A stretch of DNA of 64,000 bases from Octopus bimaculoides (lineage: Eukaryota), in the NCBI RefSeq assembly GCF_001194135.2, contig NC_068985.1:65151464-65215463 (forward strand), read 5' to 3'. Positions 50,496 to 63,337 of the stretch are shown here, piece by piece (the first letter of the stretch is position 1; every line of letters starts with the position of its first letter). A program made the translations under genes and the position numbers. The notes under the pieces were generated by a model, which saw nothing but the letters and a program-made list of their open reading frames with translations, was not told the DNA's origin and ran no database searches.

Positions 50496-51036
50496 CCTTT
50501 GTTAAAGATAAATACTATGAATGCAGCTATATCATATTGGTGTGCATTCTGCCACAGGCAAAGATAGCAGGAAATGATAATAATGATGAATTATCTCCCC
50601 TGTGTTTTACTGTCTTTTTCTAAATGTGCATGCTCAATCAAAAGTCACTTACATCAAATGCAGTTACTAAAGTGTCATTGTTTTACCAGCTTGATAAATG
50701 ACAAAATAAATTAATATTCCCACCAGGAAACCCTGAACAGCTGTCTATCACAAGGATTTTATGGTCTTGTAATGATTATAATGATTATTATGTATATATA
50801 TATTTTTGTGTGTGTGTGTACATATTGCATGTATCATAGATGCACTATGTTTTTGCATGTTGTGAGAAGTGATTGAAAGGGTTTGCAACAGGAAAGGTAT
50901 CCAGCCATAAAACACTGCTCATAATTAGACTCATTCAACCATGCTACAATTGAAAGTTGAATGTAAAATGATTATGCATGTGTTTGTATGTATTTATGTG
51001 TGTATGTGTGTGCATACAAAAAGGAGAAAAACTATA

Positions 51037-51083
<47 letters not shown>

Positions 51084-51169
51084 GATAGGAAAAAATAAAC
51101 TAAACAATAACAATAATAGCAAAAACAACATACAAAATGCCAACAACACACAAAATAGGTTAATGGAAT

Positions 51170-51850
51170 CAAACAAAAATACAAAAATTCCAAGGTCTTA
51201 TGATACAACCCAATTTTCAGATTGCAAATGTCATCAAAGATAGATAAACAATTCCTTGCAGCATTAGATAGATGCTTCCCTAAAACACATAAATATCGTA
51301 TCTTCAACAAGCATACAGTGAAAATATCATATGCTACATCCACATGGAGTACTATAAATACAAATACAACAATAAAAAAAATACATGCAAACAACAGCCA
51401 CAGACAAGGAACAAACAGAACAAAACACAATAGATAATAACCCCAACAACTATAATAGGATCCAAACAAAAACTTTAAAAAAAGAATCGACAAAACAGGT
51501 AATAACATCAAAAACACTCCAGACACTTCTAATCAACTGGAAAAACAAAAACAAAATGTCACCAATAACTACAAAAATAAAAATAGTGCAAATCATTGCA
51601 GCTGCCACAAGAAATCTGCTTGGCCGCTCATGAACAAATACATGCAAAAATGCATCATATACAAAGATATAATCATCACACCACAACATAAATATGCATA
51701 TATAGGAGCCTCCAAAAACCAATTCAAAGTCCATTATTGCAACCACGTCTCCTCATTCTGAAAGATAAACTGGCGACATGCAACATCACTAGCTGATGGA
51801 GATTAAAAGAAGGGAAAATAAAATATGAAATAGAATGGTCACTAATAAAA
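51170..51850 (+). mobile_element. Penelope-like linker/GIY-YIG fragment
   Basis: SSKIDKQFLAALDRCFPKTHKYRIFNKHTVKISY; downstream YAYIGASKNQFKVHYCNH. Confidence 0.7.
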
Positions 51851-51856
51851 AATGCA

Positions 51857-52700
51857 CGTGTTTTCTTTGTATCGTCTATTTGTATGTTTTGTCCCATTCT
51901 TGTATCACCTAACTGTCTGGATGTTTTGCATCCTTCTCCTATTCTGTATTATTTATACACATATATATAGCGGCATACGTACAACTTGTCTCTTATATGT
52001 AAGTATACATTTTTCTAAATCTTGTATGACTCTATTTCTGTCTATCAGCCCCTTCACCCTTATTCATTCAGTCCACTGTTCGTTCTTTCATTCCCCCTCA
52101 CTCACATTTCCTTGCCATCTCTTCTTTCCCTCCACTTTTCACTTCACTGTGACCCTGTCATTTTTCTCACCCTCCCTAATTCTTTTGTCCCTCTGCCTCT
52201 ACCTCTCTCTCTCTTTTCTTCCCACGTGACTGGTGTTTGGCCAAACATGATCTTTCTTTCTTGGCCTGCTGTTGTGCGTGCAACATCGTTACTCCTCCTT
52301 GTGCTTGTGAAATCTTGTATTCCTGCCATAAGGCCTTATTTCCACAACACCAGCTTAATTTAATTCGTCCTTAGTTGTTATGTCCTGTTTTATTATTTTT
52401 ATTGTATTTGTGTAACATTGTTCGTTTTTTTCCGTCCTTGTTTTTGTATACATTCACTGCTTTCTTCTAAGGAATCTAATACCCTTAGCTTAGTTTTTCC
52501 TTTGGGGCTGGCCAGATTGGAGCAATATCGAGAATAACCAGCTAAAATTGCAATGATAATTTGGATCTCAACTGAAGAGAGAAAACTCTGAATGACATGT
52601 CCGTGTTTTCTTTGTATCGTCTATTTGTATGTTATGTCCCTTTCTTGTATCACCTAACTGTCTGGATGTTTTGCATCCTTGTCCCATTCTGTATTACTTA
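51857..52700 (+). repeat. ~745-bp unit plus partial second copy (~100-bp direct repeats at 51857 and 52602)
   Basis: CGTGTTTTCTTTGTATCGTCTATTTGTATGTT.TGTCCC.TTCTTGTATCACCTAACTGTCTGGATGTTTTGCATCCTT occurs twice. Confidence 0.85.
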
Positions 52701-53299
52701 TACATATAATATATTATTCAGCATATGTGGCCTGTGCCTTGAGGAAGCCTTGTGCATTCTGTTAAGTAATGAAAACTTGGTAAACAAGCATGCTGAGAAA
52801 ATCCGAAGATGTTGTCACTGCACCATATTTGCATTTTCCAGATACAATACAGTAGATGAATAACAATAATTCAGTGAACTCTCCCCCTCTCCCTTTCTAC
52901 CTATCCATGTGTGTGTGTGTGTCATTTACATGTCTGTCCGTATGTTTAGTATGTATTTGATGTATGTATCTACGCACATATGCACATCTGTGTAGGTATA
53001 TGAGTGTGTATATTTTCATTGGCCATGATGAGACACACAATAATGTAGGACTGGTGAACCTCTAATAGATGAAGAGTTCTGATTGTTATTTGTACAGGAG
53101 GGACATATACATAATGCTATGAAGGAGCTGGTGCTGATGCTGGTGCAACCAGATCATCAATGTAGTGCTGTAGAGAGGGGAATTACGGCAACAGCATACC
53201 TAAATCATATGAACCAAGGAAATGCAAACTTTATTTGACATAAAATTATAACATCTTCATTTAACACTTTAGTATGTCGAACAAGAGATTCAAAGTCTT

Positions 53300-53440
53300 A
53301 TATACGATGGGCTTCTTTCAGTTTCTGTCTACCAAATCCACTTACAAAGCTTTGGTCGGCCCGAGGCTATAGTAGAAGACACTTGCCCAAAGTGTCACGC
53401 AGTGGGAATGAACCCGGAACCATGTGGTTGGTCAGACCAC
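53300..53440 (-). mobile_element. tRNA-head SINE
   Basis: The reverse complement has GGTTCCGGGTTCATTCCCACTGCG (B-box-like) followed by TTGGGCAAGTGTCTTCTACTATAGCCTCGGGCCGACC. Confidence 0.7.
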
Positions 53441-53742
53441 GTAAGTTGATCCATCGGTAGTCTGGAGTATTTCATAAGTTTCTTGCACTTTTCCCAAGTT
53501 TAACACAAAACTTTATTGCCTACTGAGCTTTCAAATTCTTTTCACATCCCAACAGCATTCTACAAACTAGTCAGCTGTGACAAGCAGTGTTTAGTAGAGT
53601 GTGTTCAAAGNNNNNNNNNNNNNNNNNNNNNNNNNNNNNNNNNNNNNNNNNNNNNNNNNNNNNNNNNNNNNNNNNNNNNNNNNNNNNNNNNNNNNNNNNN
53701 NNNNNNNNNNNNNNNNNNNNNNNNNNNNNNNNNNNNNNNNNN

Positions 53743-54115
53743 CCAGTGATTAGGGCAGTGGACTCACGGTCGTAGGATCGCGGTTTCGATTCCCGGACCG
53801 GGCATTGTGAGTGTTTATTGAACGTAAACACCTAAAGTTCCACAAGGCTCCGGCAGGGGATGGTGGTGAACCCTGCTGTACTCTTTCACCACAACTTTCT
53901 CTCACTCTTTCTTCCTGTTTCTGTTGTACCTGTATTTCAAAGGGTCAACCTTGTCACACTCTGTGTCACGCTGAATCTCCCCGAGAACTACGTTAAGAGT
54001 GCATGTGTTTGTGGAGTGCTCAGCCACTTGCACGTTAATTTCATGAGCAGGCTGTTCCGTTGATCGGATCAACTGGAACCCTTGTCGTTGTAGCCAACGG
54101 AATGCCAACCAGACA
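53743..54115 (+). mobile_element. tRNA-head SINE (different family)
   Basis: GTGATTAGGGCAGTGGACTC..GGTTTCGATTCCCGGACCGGGC A/B-box-like head without a CCA or terminator, followed by a ~300-bp body. Confidence 0.7.
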
Positions 54116-54184
54116 TATAGTAATGATATACTAAGATTATAATGATCTTTGACAATTATAACTGGCTCTCCTAAAAATAGTCTC

Positions 54185-55160
54185 AAAACATCTGGAATGT
54201 ACCTTGTAGCTACCTGGTGTAGTTCTCTGCTGCTCCTTCTCTGCCTCTCTTTCCAATCCTTTCAGCTTGTGTTTAAAGTTGTCCACCATGCTACTCCACC
54301 AACATATCATCCTCAATCAGGATAGAACTTTGCACCAACCACAAGCTTACCTGTAAGCCTCAGCAGGTTATCCTCTATGCTGTGAGTCTCTTTCATCAGA
54401 TACCTCAACTTGTACTTCTCTCAATTTTTGACTGTTTGCTAAATCTTTAAGCTTCCTTATCTTCCTTTTCCAAATTGATTTCTGATTCTGAGTGTGCCTT
54501 GCTCTAAATTTGAAGTTGTTGAGCTTTTAATATTGGAATGTACATTCTTCATCAGGGAACAACTTCACAATCACAACCATTTGCTTATCTCAGTTCCTGA
54601 TGAGAATGAAGTCCCTCTGGCCAACCAAATTGATAGGTGAAATTGATAGGTGGCTGGTTGGTTTTATCAAGGCATTAGCATCATAGAACTTCAGCAGTCT
54701 TGTTCATCCCCATTTCTTGAACTAAAGTGAAAATATTCATGCACAGCATGGAATCTGTTGGAATGCTGCCCAACATGTCTGTTGAAGTTACTAGCCATGA
54801 TGATAAAGTCATTATTATTCATCATCAAGACAATCTGCATGAAGGCTTTAGAAAATCAGTCCTATTCATCTGCCAGTTCAGACTGTAGAGCATATGCACA
54901 AATAAATTTTAATCGCATTAACCAAAACTAGTCTTTTCTTAATTACCCTATGATACTCTAAGTATTTTGATCGTTTTATCTGTATATTTTTCTTGTCTAC
55001 ACCACCTACACCTTCTCAACTTCCTTGACAGAATTCATACTTTTGTTCCTTGTCCATGAATAATCTGCCAGAGGATTCTTACTATCTTACATCTTGCACA
55101 CAGAGCACATCATCACATCTCCCCTCTAGCATTTCAACAATCTCACCTTTCATTGTGCCT
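54185..55160 (-). mobile_element. Heavily degraded RTE endonuclease and linker
   Basis: GEIVEML (55130-55150), then remnants of the LITYQ, RRIWKLKD, CGWCK and WWSSMVD motifs. Confidence 0.6.
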
Positions 55161-55399
55161 TCACTGATTGTAGCTGCTTTGAAATCATGGACTCAGTAGG
55201 AAGAGTGAGTAGCTGGGGAATTGTTTCCAGCATCTGAAAAGAAGAAGGGCTGTGCAGACATTTCTTCAATGATTTACTATTACCTTCAGTTACAAAACCA
55301 TCTGGGCAAAGCATCAGTAAAAAGAGAAAGGAGGTCCTTCTAAGCACAAAGAGACTTGAGCCTTTTATTCAAGATTGTAGTAATTTTCAACTAAAGCTT

Positions 55400-58300
55400 G
55401 AATTTACCATGCAGATAGTTACTACAAACAACAAGGCTAGACACAACATCAACAACAACACAACCAAGGAACAAAATGAAAACAACAGCTCAACAGGTAA
55501 AGAGAATCTTTCTAGCTGTAGTTATAGAAGAAACTATAACTACAAAGCACATTTTTCTTGGAGTTATGAATTGAATACTGATTTATTTAACTGTTATAAA
55601 AGATCAAAACAAAACCCCATTGTTGGCGATATGAATAGATTGAAATCATATTGGGATGATCTGCACCCAGAACTAAATCATTTTACAGCAAAACAACTAC
55701 ATCACAAGCAACATTTGTGGAACATAGGAAGAAAGTTAGTGAATGTAACTTTATTTTTAAAAGCTCTGAAATTAACCTTCTCCCAAACAGTATAAATGAA
55801 AATGTGAATGATGTTAGAACACCACATGATTTCACAGTTAGCGACATTCTAACAGATACTATACTGCCAGCCAGTCAGACTACATTACAGGCTAAAGCAA
55901 CTAACAGCAACAATCATTGTAGTAGTAATTAGGGTGATATATCGATGAAATATGCCTGTAGTAAAATTTTTCAAGAAAAAATAATTATGGTTTTAAAGCA
56001 CTTTCTCGAAGAGAGAGTATTTTCTACCAAAGTAAGCAAAAGACCAAGACACAGTATTAAAAGCTGTTAATGAAATCAGAGAGGAGTATTTACAGCAGTG
56101 CAATGAACCTTCATTCTGGCAAATTAATGTCTGTCTATATGCCTTGTGTATGACCACAAAGCAACACATGAATGACACTCAGAAAATAAATAAAACCAGA
56201 ACAATGAAGAAAGTGCCATCATGAGTTTTGAAGGCAGAGAAAAATATAGCTGATTTACAGAAGACCATCAGCCAAGTGACAATCCTTATTGCTTGCAAAC
56301 AAGCAAATCACTATACATTTCACCAACAAAAAGTGAAGAAGGAGATAGTAGTGATGTTTGGAGATGACAAAAAGAGAACACTAAATTGCAAACTGATTGC
56401 CCTCAAGCAGGAGCTAAAAGCTATCAGTGAGAATAACCAAAAGAAAAACGGTAAACAAAAAAATTAACCAGAACCAGACAACAGTGTACAGAGACATGAG
56501 AGGAGATGCAGTAAACATCATAGAAACTCCTTTACAAGGAGACATAGACTCCTTCTGAAGGAAAATCTGGAGTGAACGGATGGAGTTTAACTGAGATACT
56601 CTGTGGCTGGAAGAAATTCAAAGAAGTTATTGCCCCTGCATTATATCCATGACATACAGCATTAATGGTGATACCCTTGTGACTGTAATCCAGAAACTTA
56701 AGGATGGAAAAGCACCTGGAAGAGACTTGATTGCTGGATACTGGGACAAGAAGCTAACCTTCTCTTCTACTGACCATATCTTATCAACCTGTACCAGCAA
56801 GCTCTCAATGGGAATAGTAGAATACCACACTGGTTAACTCTGGCAGAGACAAAACTAATCCCCAAAAGCAGAACCACCCACATAGCAAAAAATTAGCAGC
56901 CAATAGCATGCCAGAACTTAATGTACAAAACATATACAGCATGTTTAAACCTCTTTCTCCAAGACCATTGTGAAAGTAATAACATCATCACAGCAGAACA
57001 AGCAGCTGGGAAGAAGAGAGTTTGGGGATGTGCCAAGCAATTGTTAATAAACAAAACTGTAATGTCAGCGGTGTAGGAACATAGTTTCAATGTGGCTGAA
57101 CTACAAGAAGACCTTTGACTCTGTCCTCCACTCATGGATGCTAGAAGCCCTTTGACTTGCTAAAGGTCCAGTGAGCATAGTCAAAGCCATAGCTGACCCA
57201 ACTTCATCATGGGCCACCATCTTGAAGTTAAATACAAGGAGTGATTGTATTATCACTGACAGAATACAGTATTGCAGAGGTATATTCCAAGGGGACAGCC
57301 TCTCTGAATTGCTGTTTACTCCTTGTCATTCATGTTAAGGAAGCCTGAAGGAAACAGAAATACCAAAATTACAGTTTCTTCAGCAACATCTTTTAACCAC
57401 CAAATATTGAAGTGCATCCATTCACAAAGTTTGCATACAGAAATACCAAAATTACACAAGGAAACATAAATACCAAAATTACACAGAAATAAATTTTGGT
57501 ATTTCTGAGTGACTTGAAACTATATGCAAAGAATATGCATGAGATGAAAAAGAGCCTTGACCTGGTTACAACATTCTCAAAAGATATTGGGTTGGAGTTT
57601 GGTCAGGATAAATGTTGCTATATGGTTGTGAAAAGACAAAAAACTGTAAACCAGACTAGCAGCATCTCCATCAATGACTTAATTGTTTCCCCCAATATCT
57701 GCTGAAGAATGTTGCAGGTACATAGGGGTGGATGAATACATATCTTATGATGGCACCTGTAACAAGACATGTGTCACTAAAGAATATTACAGCCGAATAA
57801 AGAAAATATGAACCTCAGATCTAACTGCATGCAGTTAAACAGTGGCCCACAATGTGTTTGCAGTGCTAGTACTCATACCAACATTTAGGCTATTTGATTG
57901 GACACTTGATGAGATCTGGTTAGTGATTGTATTATCACTGACAGAATACAGTATTGCAGAGGTATATTCCAAGGGGACAGCCTCTCTGAATTATGCATAC
58001 TAACCAGCATGCATAATTTCCATATCAACAGTCTCTACCTAAAATGAAAACAAGGGAGCAGAGACTTAACATCAGTTCAGATTGCCTTTGAATGTCATAT
58101 ATCCCTTCAGCAACATCTTTAACCACCAAATATTGAGGTGCATCCCTTCATCAAGTTTGCATACATGAGGCTGAAAACATCATGAGACTTGGAAAGCAGC
58201 TGCTTGAGCAGCATTCCTTGTCTGATAACCCAAAAAAGTCACATGACTCTACAATATACCATCAGATGAAAAGATGAGCATATATCAGCAGAAGATCGTG

Positions 58301-59075
58301 CATAGATATGTTAGCATAACCATGCATAGCAACATTGATCATCAAAGCATCATGGACCAACAACTGGATTACTAACTCCCACTTTGAAAGATATTTTTTT
58401 GAAATCCAGGAACAGGAAATATCAACCAAATGCCTGATGCATAAATAGGAGGGAGACATAGGGAAAGCAGTAAAATGTGACAACCAACACAGACTTTGTG
58501 GAGTTAACACCAACAATATCACTTACATCATAAGTAGTTGTCTGAAAATGTCATCATGGTATTATCTACTGATGAGACATGATGTTGTAACTAAGATACT
58601 GTATATTGAAATCCATCAAAAGGATAACCCACAGTGTGGTAGAAGCCATAGCCACTCATAATAAAAAGGAGTACTGGTGGAATATCCCAGTGAAAACCTC
58701 AATAAAATGTAAACATAATAGATTTAACATAGTAATTTAGGATAGAGAAGAGAAACTGTGTACAGATGTGAAAATCAGCTGCCCACTGAATGTTACATAA
58801 AGCTAAAAATCAGTGAAAAAGAAAATACCTATGCTGAACTATTGAGAAATCTACAGTTACTCTACCCAGATTACAAGTTCAGATTTATACTTGTAATTAT
58901 TGGGGTACTGGGATATGTAACACATTGCCTAAGTACCAATCATGAAAAATTAGGGTTTGCAAAGCCAGAAAGGAGAAAGCTGATTTGAAGACTACAGATC
59001 CAATCCATCACTGGAACTGTAAAAATCTGTTAAACTTTCCAGAAGTTTATCATTTAAGTATATATGCAACTTTAT
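55400..59075 (+). mobile_element. Near full-length degraded RLE non-LTR retrotransposon (same group as 1-2010)
   Basis: KDGKAPGRDLIAGYW; QPIACQNLMYK; GCAKQLLINK; GIFQGDSLS; FLSDLKLY..IGLEFGQDKC; RLCG..YIISSC..RHDVV; ISCPL..EKENTYAEL..VIIGVLG. Confidence 0.85.
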
Positions 59076-59484
59076 GCATGAAAATACATACATAAAACAA
59101 AACATAAAAATTTGCACTTGCACTGACTCTAAATATTGCACATATACATACATACATGCAGAAACACCCTGTTGATGTTGTTAAAATTCCAATGAAGGAC
59201 TTGGATGTAGGTTAGAAACTGGCTCTTTCTCTATTGGCAAAAAATCTTGAAATAAAACTGAATGACATACATACATATATATACATATGTACATACATAC
59301 AGTGCACTTCCTGTTCTGTCTCATATTCACATTGTACTTGGACTTTGCATCTCTTTCTTTATTTCTCTCACTTTCCAGGTGGGCATACCTTGTTATTCAT
59401 CTCTTCAGCAAGACACCTGCTCCTTTCCCTCTATCATAGTTTCTTTCTCCAGTTTATACCCGGCTCAGTTGAGGAGTCTTATCT

Positions 59485-59670
59485 TGCAAGTACTTGGTGA
59501 CTTCACCAGTGCTTGTGCCAGATAAAAAGCACCCAGTAACTCTGCTAAATGTTTGGCATTAGGAAGGCATCCGACTGTAAAGACCAAAACAGAGTCTTCT
59601 GGCTCATCTGTTTTTGTCAAATCATCCAGCCCTTACCAGCATGGAAAAAGGGTGTTAAATGATGATGATA
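59485..59670 (+). mobile_element. RTE-related short element with (GAT)n tail
   Basis: TTGGCATTAGGAAGGCATCC motif and AGCATGGAAAA..TTAAATGATGATGAT end. Confidence 0.6.
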
Positions 59671-59799
59671 TATATCTATCTTTCCTTGTTGGCCCTTAAT
59701 CTGGGTGTTGTATGAGAGTGAGGAAATTGTAATTCATTGAATTGAATAAACTATGTACCAAGGCTCTATGCTACCTAAGAGTTTGTGCAGATCTTTTCA

Positions 59800-60942
59800 G
59801 GTACTGACAAAACCCCCGCAATAATTGCCTTCCCAATGTCACTCCCAAGTACACAAATTTAGAGCCGTGACCATCAACATTGACACAATGAAAGGGAGGT
59901 CTGATGAGATTATCAAAATGATGGAGTGTTGCCATGTTTTGTGGTGTGTAAGAAATAAGATGGAATGGAGGCATCTGCTAGATTCCTCACAGATAAGAAA
60001 CAGAGGTTCAAATTCTTCTGGATATTTAGGAGTGATGGAGTGGGTAGTGTAGGCATACTCTTGGAGGAGATTCAGAGAACTACTACTTCTGTTGGCAACA
60101 AAATGTCTCTCTTTCAGAGTAAATGGCAGATTGTATGATGCTTGTGTACCAACAGCTATACTCCATGGTAGTGAGACATGGGCTCTAAATGCAGAGGACA
60201 TGCATGAACTAGAGAGTAATGAAGGTAGTATGCTCCACTGGATGTGCAACATCAGTGTGCATGAATGACAAAGTGCAACTGTGCTGAGAGAAACGTTGAG
60301 CATAACAGGAATTAAGTGTGGCATACAGGAGAGGATACTGTGTTGGTTAAGATATGTGATATGTATGAATGAAGACAGCTGTATAAAGAAGTGCTGGTCA
60401 CTGAAAGTGGATGGTGCCTGTGGAAGAGGGAGACCCAGAAATACATGGAATGAAGTGGTGAGGACTGATCTCAGGGTGTTAGGGCTCATAGAGGAAATTA
60501 CAATGAACCAAGATGTCTGGTGCTATGAAGTTCTAGAGAGGAACTGCCCATGTCAGCAAAACTGGATGCTATAAGTGTTGTGTCCCAGCCACACATAATA
60601 AAAATGTTCACACACTTTACCCCCAGAATACAAACTACATCTCTCATAAACTGCATATTTCCTCTTCCTCACATTTCCTCTTCATACACTATGATAGTCT
60701 CCCACTCCCCATCCCTGCCCTCAGTGTATTGCTGCTTTTCCCACTCCCTACTTTCACCTTCTTGGCAATATCTTACCTCGTATGTTATAACCTCCATACT
60801 TTGAGGACAATTTCCACCATTTATCTCTCTCTTCCTTACTCTACCATCCCATCTATGCTCTGATCCCTGTTCCTTATGCGTATACCTTGCCACTTCACCA
60901 CCATCTCTCTCCTGCTCTCTCTTGCACTCTTGTTGTCTCCCA

Positions 60943-61000
<58 letters not shown>

Positions 61001-61017
61001 CTCTCTCNNNNNNNNNN

Positions 61018-61068
<51 letters not shown>

Positions 61069-61240
61069 CTCTCTCTCTCTCTTTCTTTTGCTCTTCCCTC
61101 TGGCTGGGTAACCATATATCTCCTCCACAACAGGACACCTGTTTTCACCCTCATTCTGGACCACAGTCTCTCCTCTTGCTCTTCCCTCTGGCATAGGTAA
61201 CCAAGTATCTCCTTTACAGCAGCACATCTGTTTCAGGCAC
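59800..61240 (+). mobile_element. Internally deleted RTE (EN start fused to post-RT C-terminus) plus CT-rich 3' extension
   Basis: TINIDTMKGRSDEII..GVGSVGILL joins RRFRELLLLL at ~60061; GRPRNTW. The tail is homologous to 30750-31390. Confidence 0.82.
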
Positions 61241-61289
61241 CTCCTCCATAGGATTTTATCAGAAGTAACCATCTTTAGACTTTCTAGAT

Positions 61290-61790
61290 GGATTCACAAG
61301 CATAACCAATTGAGACTATGGATATTATCCATCCCTATTTCCTTCTTGTTCTACTCTTAGATCCTCTGCTAGTTGGCTTGGTTTGAAATATCTGTCTTGC
61401 AGTTCTTTCCTGTGATATTCCAATCACATGTCTGTAGTACTGCAGCTGTGACCTCTCAATGTAGAGAAGTAGTATCCCAACCCTGTCAAGTAATGTTACT
61501 CCAGAGATCCTTTGAAGGAGGCCCATTTCAACCACTTGTATTCTTGATCATACTTTTTCAGTTATTACCCAACATTCATGACCATATGTAAGGACAGGTA
61601 TGGAAACCAAATTGAACATAGTTTGACTTTTTTTTTCCAACCTCCCCTCTTTTGTAGATCAAATGCTAGATCTGGCATACAACTGTGCCAGCACCTGAAG
61701 TCTTGCATCCAATTCAGCCTTCTGACTTCTGTTACTTGTGAATACAGCCCCAGGATACTTAAGCATCTCCACTTGTCTCAATGATGTTCC
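61290..61790 (-). mobile_element. RTE-clade (Expander/Rex3-like) C-terminal fragment
   Basis: PVLTYGHECW; EMGLLQRISGVTLLDRV; LLLYIERSQLQYYRHV. Confidence 0.65.
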
Positions 61791-62553
61791 ACTAATTTTA
61801 ATGTGTTTTAATCAAATTGTGGTTTTTAACCAGTTTTAATTGACTCTGTTTGTCTTTTTCACTCTCTCTTTAACTTAAGACTATAACATGAAATCTGTTG
61901 TAGAGGTGCATTCCAATTTCCTCTTAATGCAAGTTACGAAATCTGATATGTATGTATATGATAAACAGGACTTTTATGTGGCTAAGTTAAGTCACATAGT
62001 ACTTGATTTCTCCACAAATTCTAACACTGTCTTTCAGTGCTTGCTATTATTCTAAATTTATTGAGTAAGTGAGTATTGCCAAATAAAGGATACAAAGGGA
62101 AATTAAGCGTAACATGTCAGAAAAATTACACAAATTGGGAATCAATTGTGTAAATATTATTTAGGGACTAGCAGAAAACTGCCAATCTGGAATTTGTTAA
62201 ATGAATTTTTTTAACTAAAATTAGATTTTCTGGAAAAATACTGGTATAATTTGTAAAAAGGAATATCAGAGATGAATTTGTTGGTATGGCTGTCTTGAAT
62301 GCTATAGGTCTTAAAATATCTTCACATGATCCCTGCTATTCCTAACACAATAAAATACCTTCTGGATGGGCTGCCTTTGAGTTTGTTTAAAAGGGAGAGA
62401 TTAAAATGAGATAAAGCAGAGAAGGATATATTTACTGGGTGAGTGAGTACTATGAGACAAATAAAGGATCTAAAAGAAAATTAGATGTAACATATCAGAA
62501 AAATTATACTAGCAGAAAACCACTGGAGAGCAGTCTTTCTGCTTGTATATATA

Positions 62554-62734
62554 CAGTGGTACCTCAGTTTTCGAACGACTCTGATCACGAATAAATCGTG
62601 CTAAAGCATGATTTATTCATGATCAGAGGCATTTGTATACTGAGGTACTACTGTATTAAATGAATATGAGAAAGACAGGAGATAAAGTATGATTTATTCA
62701 TGATCAGAGTTGTTCGCAAACTGAGCTTCTACTG
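62554..62734. mobile_element. Tigger/pogo-like MITE (62554-62653, TA TSD) with an extra right arm (62691-62734)
   Basis: TA|CAGTGGTACCTCAG ... CTGAGGTACTACTG|TA; internal inverted repeat TCTGATCACGAATAAATC / GATTTATTCATGATCAGA. Confidence 0.78.
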
Positions 62735-63337
62735 TATATGTGCATTGTAGTAGGCATGTGAAAACAGTGTTGTGAGCAAACAAACATTTAGATCAGTTTC
62801 AATATGTTTGGGACATATTTGACCTATAAAAATCTCTCACTTTGGGCAATAGGTGTTGAAAACATGAAGACAATTCATGGCAGAACAATGACTGCATTTC
62901 TAACTCCATGGCTATCATCAGAACCATTTACTGCAATCTGAAGTCCATATAAGAAATCAGATTCAAAGCTTGAACTGATTACATGCAACACCAGCTTGGC
63001 TAGAAAAAAATGAACACACACACACACACACACACACANNNNNNNNNNNNNNNNNNNNNNNNNNNNNNNNNNNNNNNNNNNNNNNNNNNNNNNNNNNNNN
63101 NNNNNNNNNNNNNNNNNNNNNNNNNNNNNNNNNNNNNNNNNNNNNNNNNNNNNNNNNNNNNNNNNNNNNNNNNNNNNNNNNNNNNNNNNNNNNNNNNNNN
63201 NNNNNNNNNNNNNNNNNNNNNNNNNNNNNNNNNNNNNNNNNNNNNNNNNNNNNNNNNNNNNNNNNNNNNNNNNNNNNNNNNNNNNNNNNNNNNNNNNNNN
63301 NNNNNNNNNNNACACACACACACACACACACACACAT

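Noticed and set aside
53743-53810. tRNA gene (also 18781 and 53400 heads)
   Set aside because: No complete cloverleaf or poly-T terminator; each continues into a SINE body.
62060-62510. Degenerate ~70-bp direct repeat (~62065 and ~62440), each starting with a donor-like GT(A/G)AGT
   Set aside because: The upstream putative exons are dissimilar, so there is no support for duplicated exons; probably an old local duplication.
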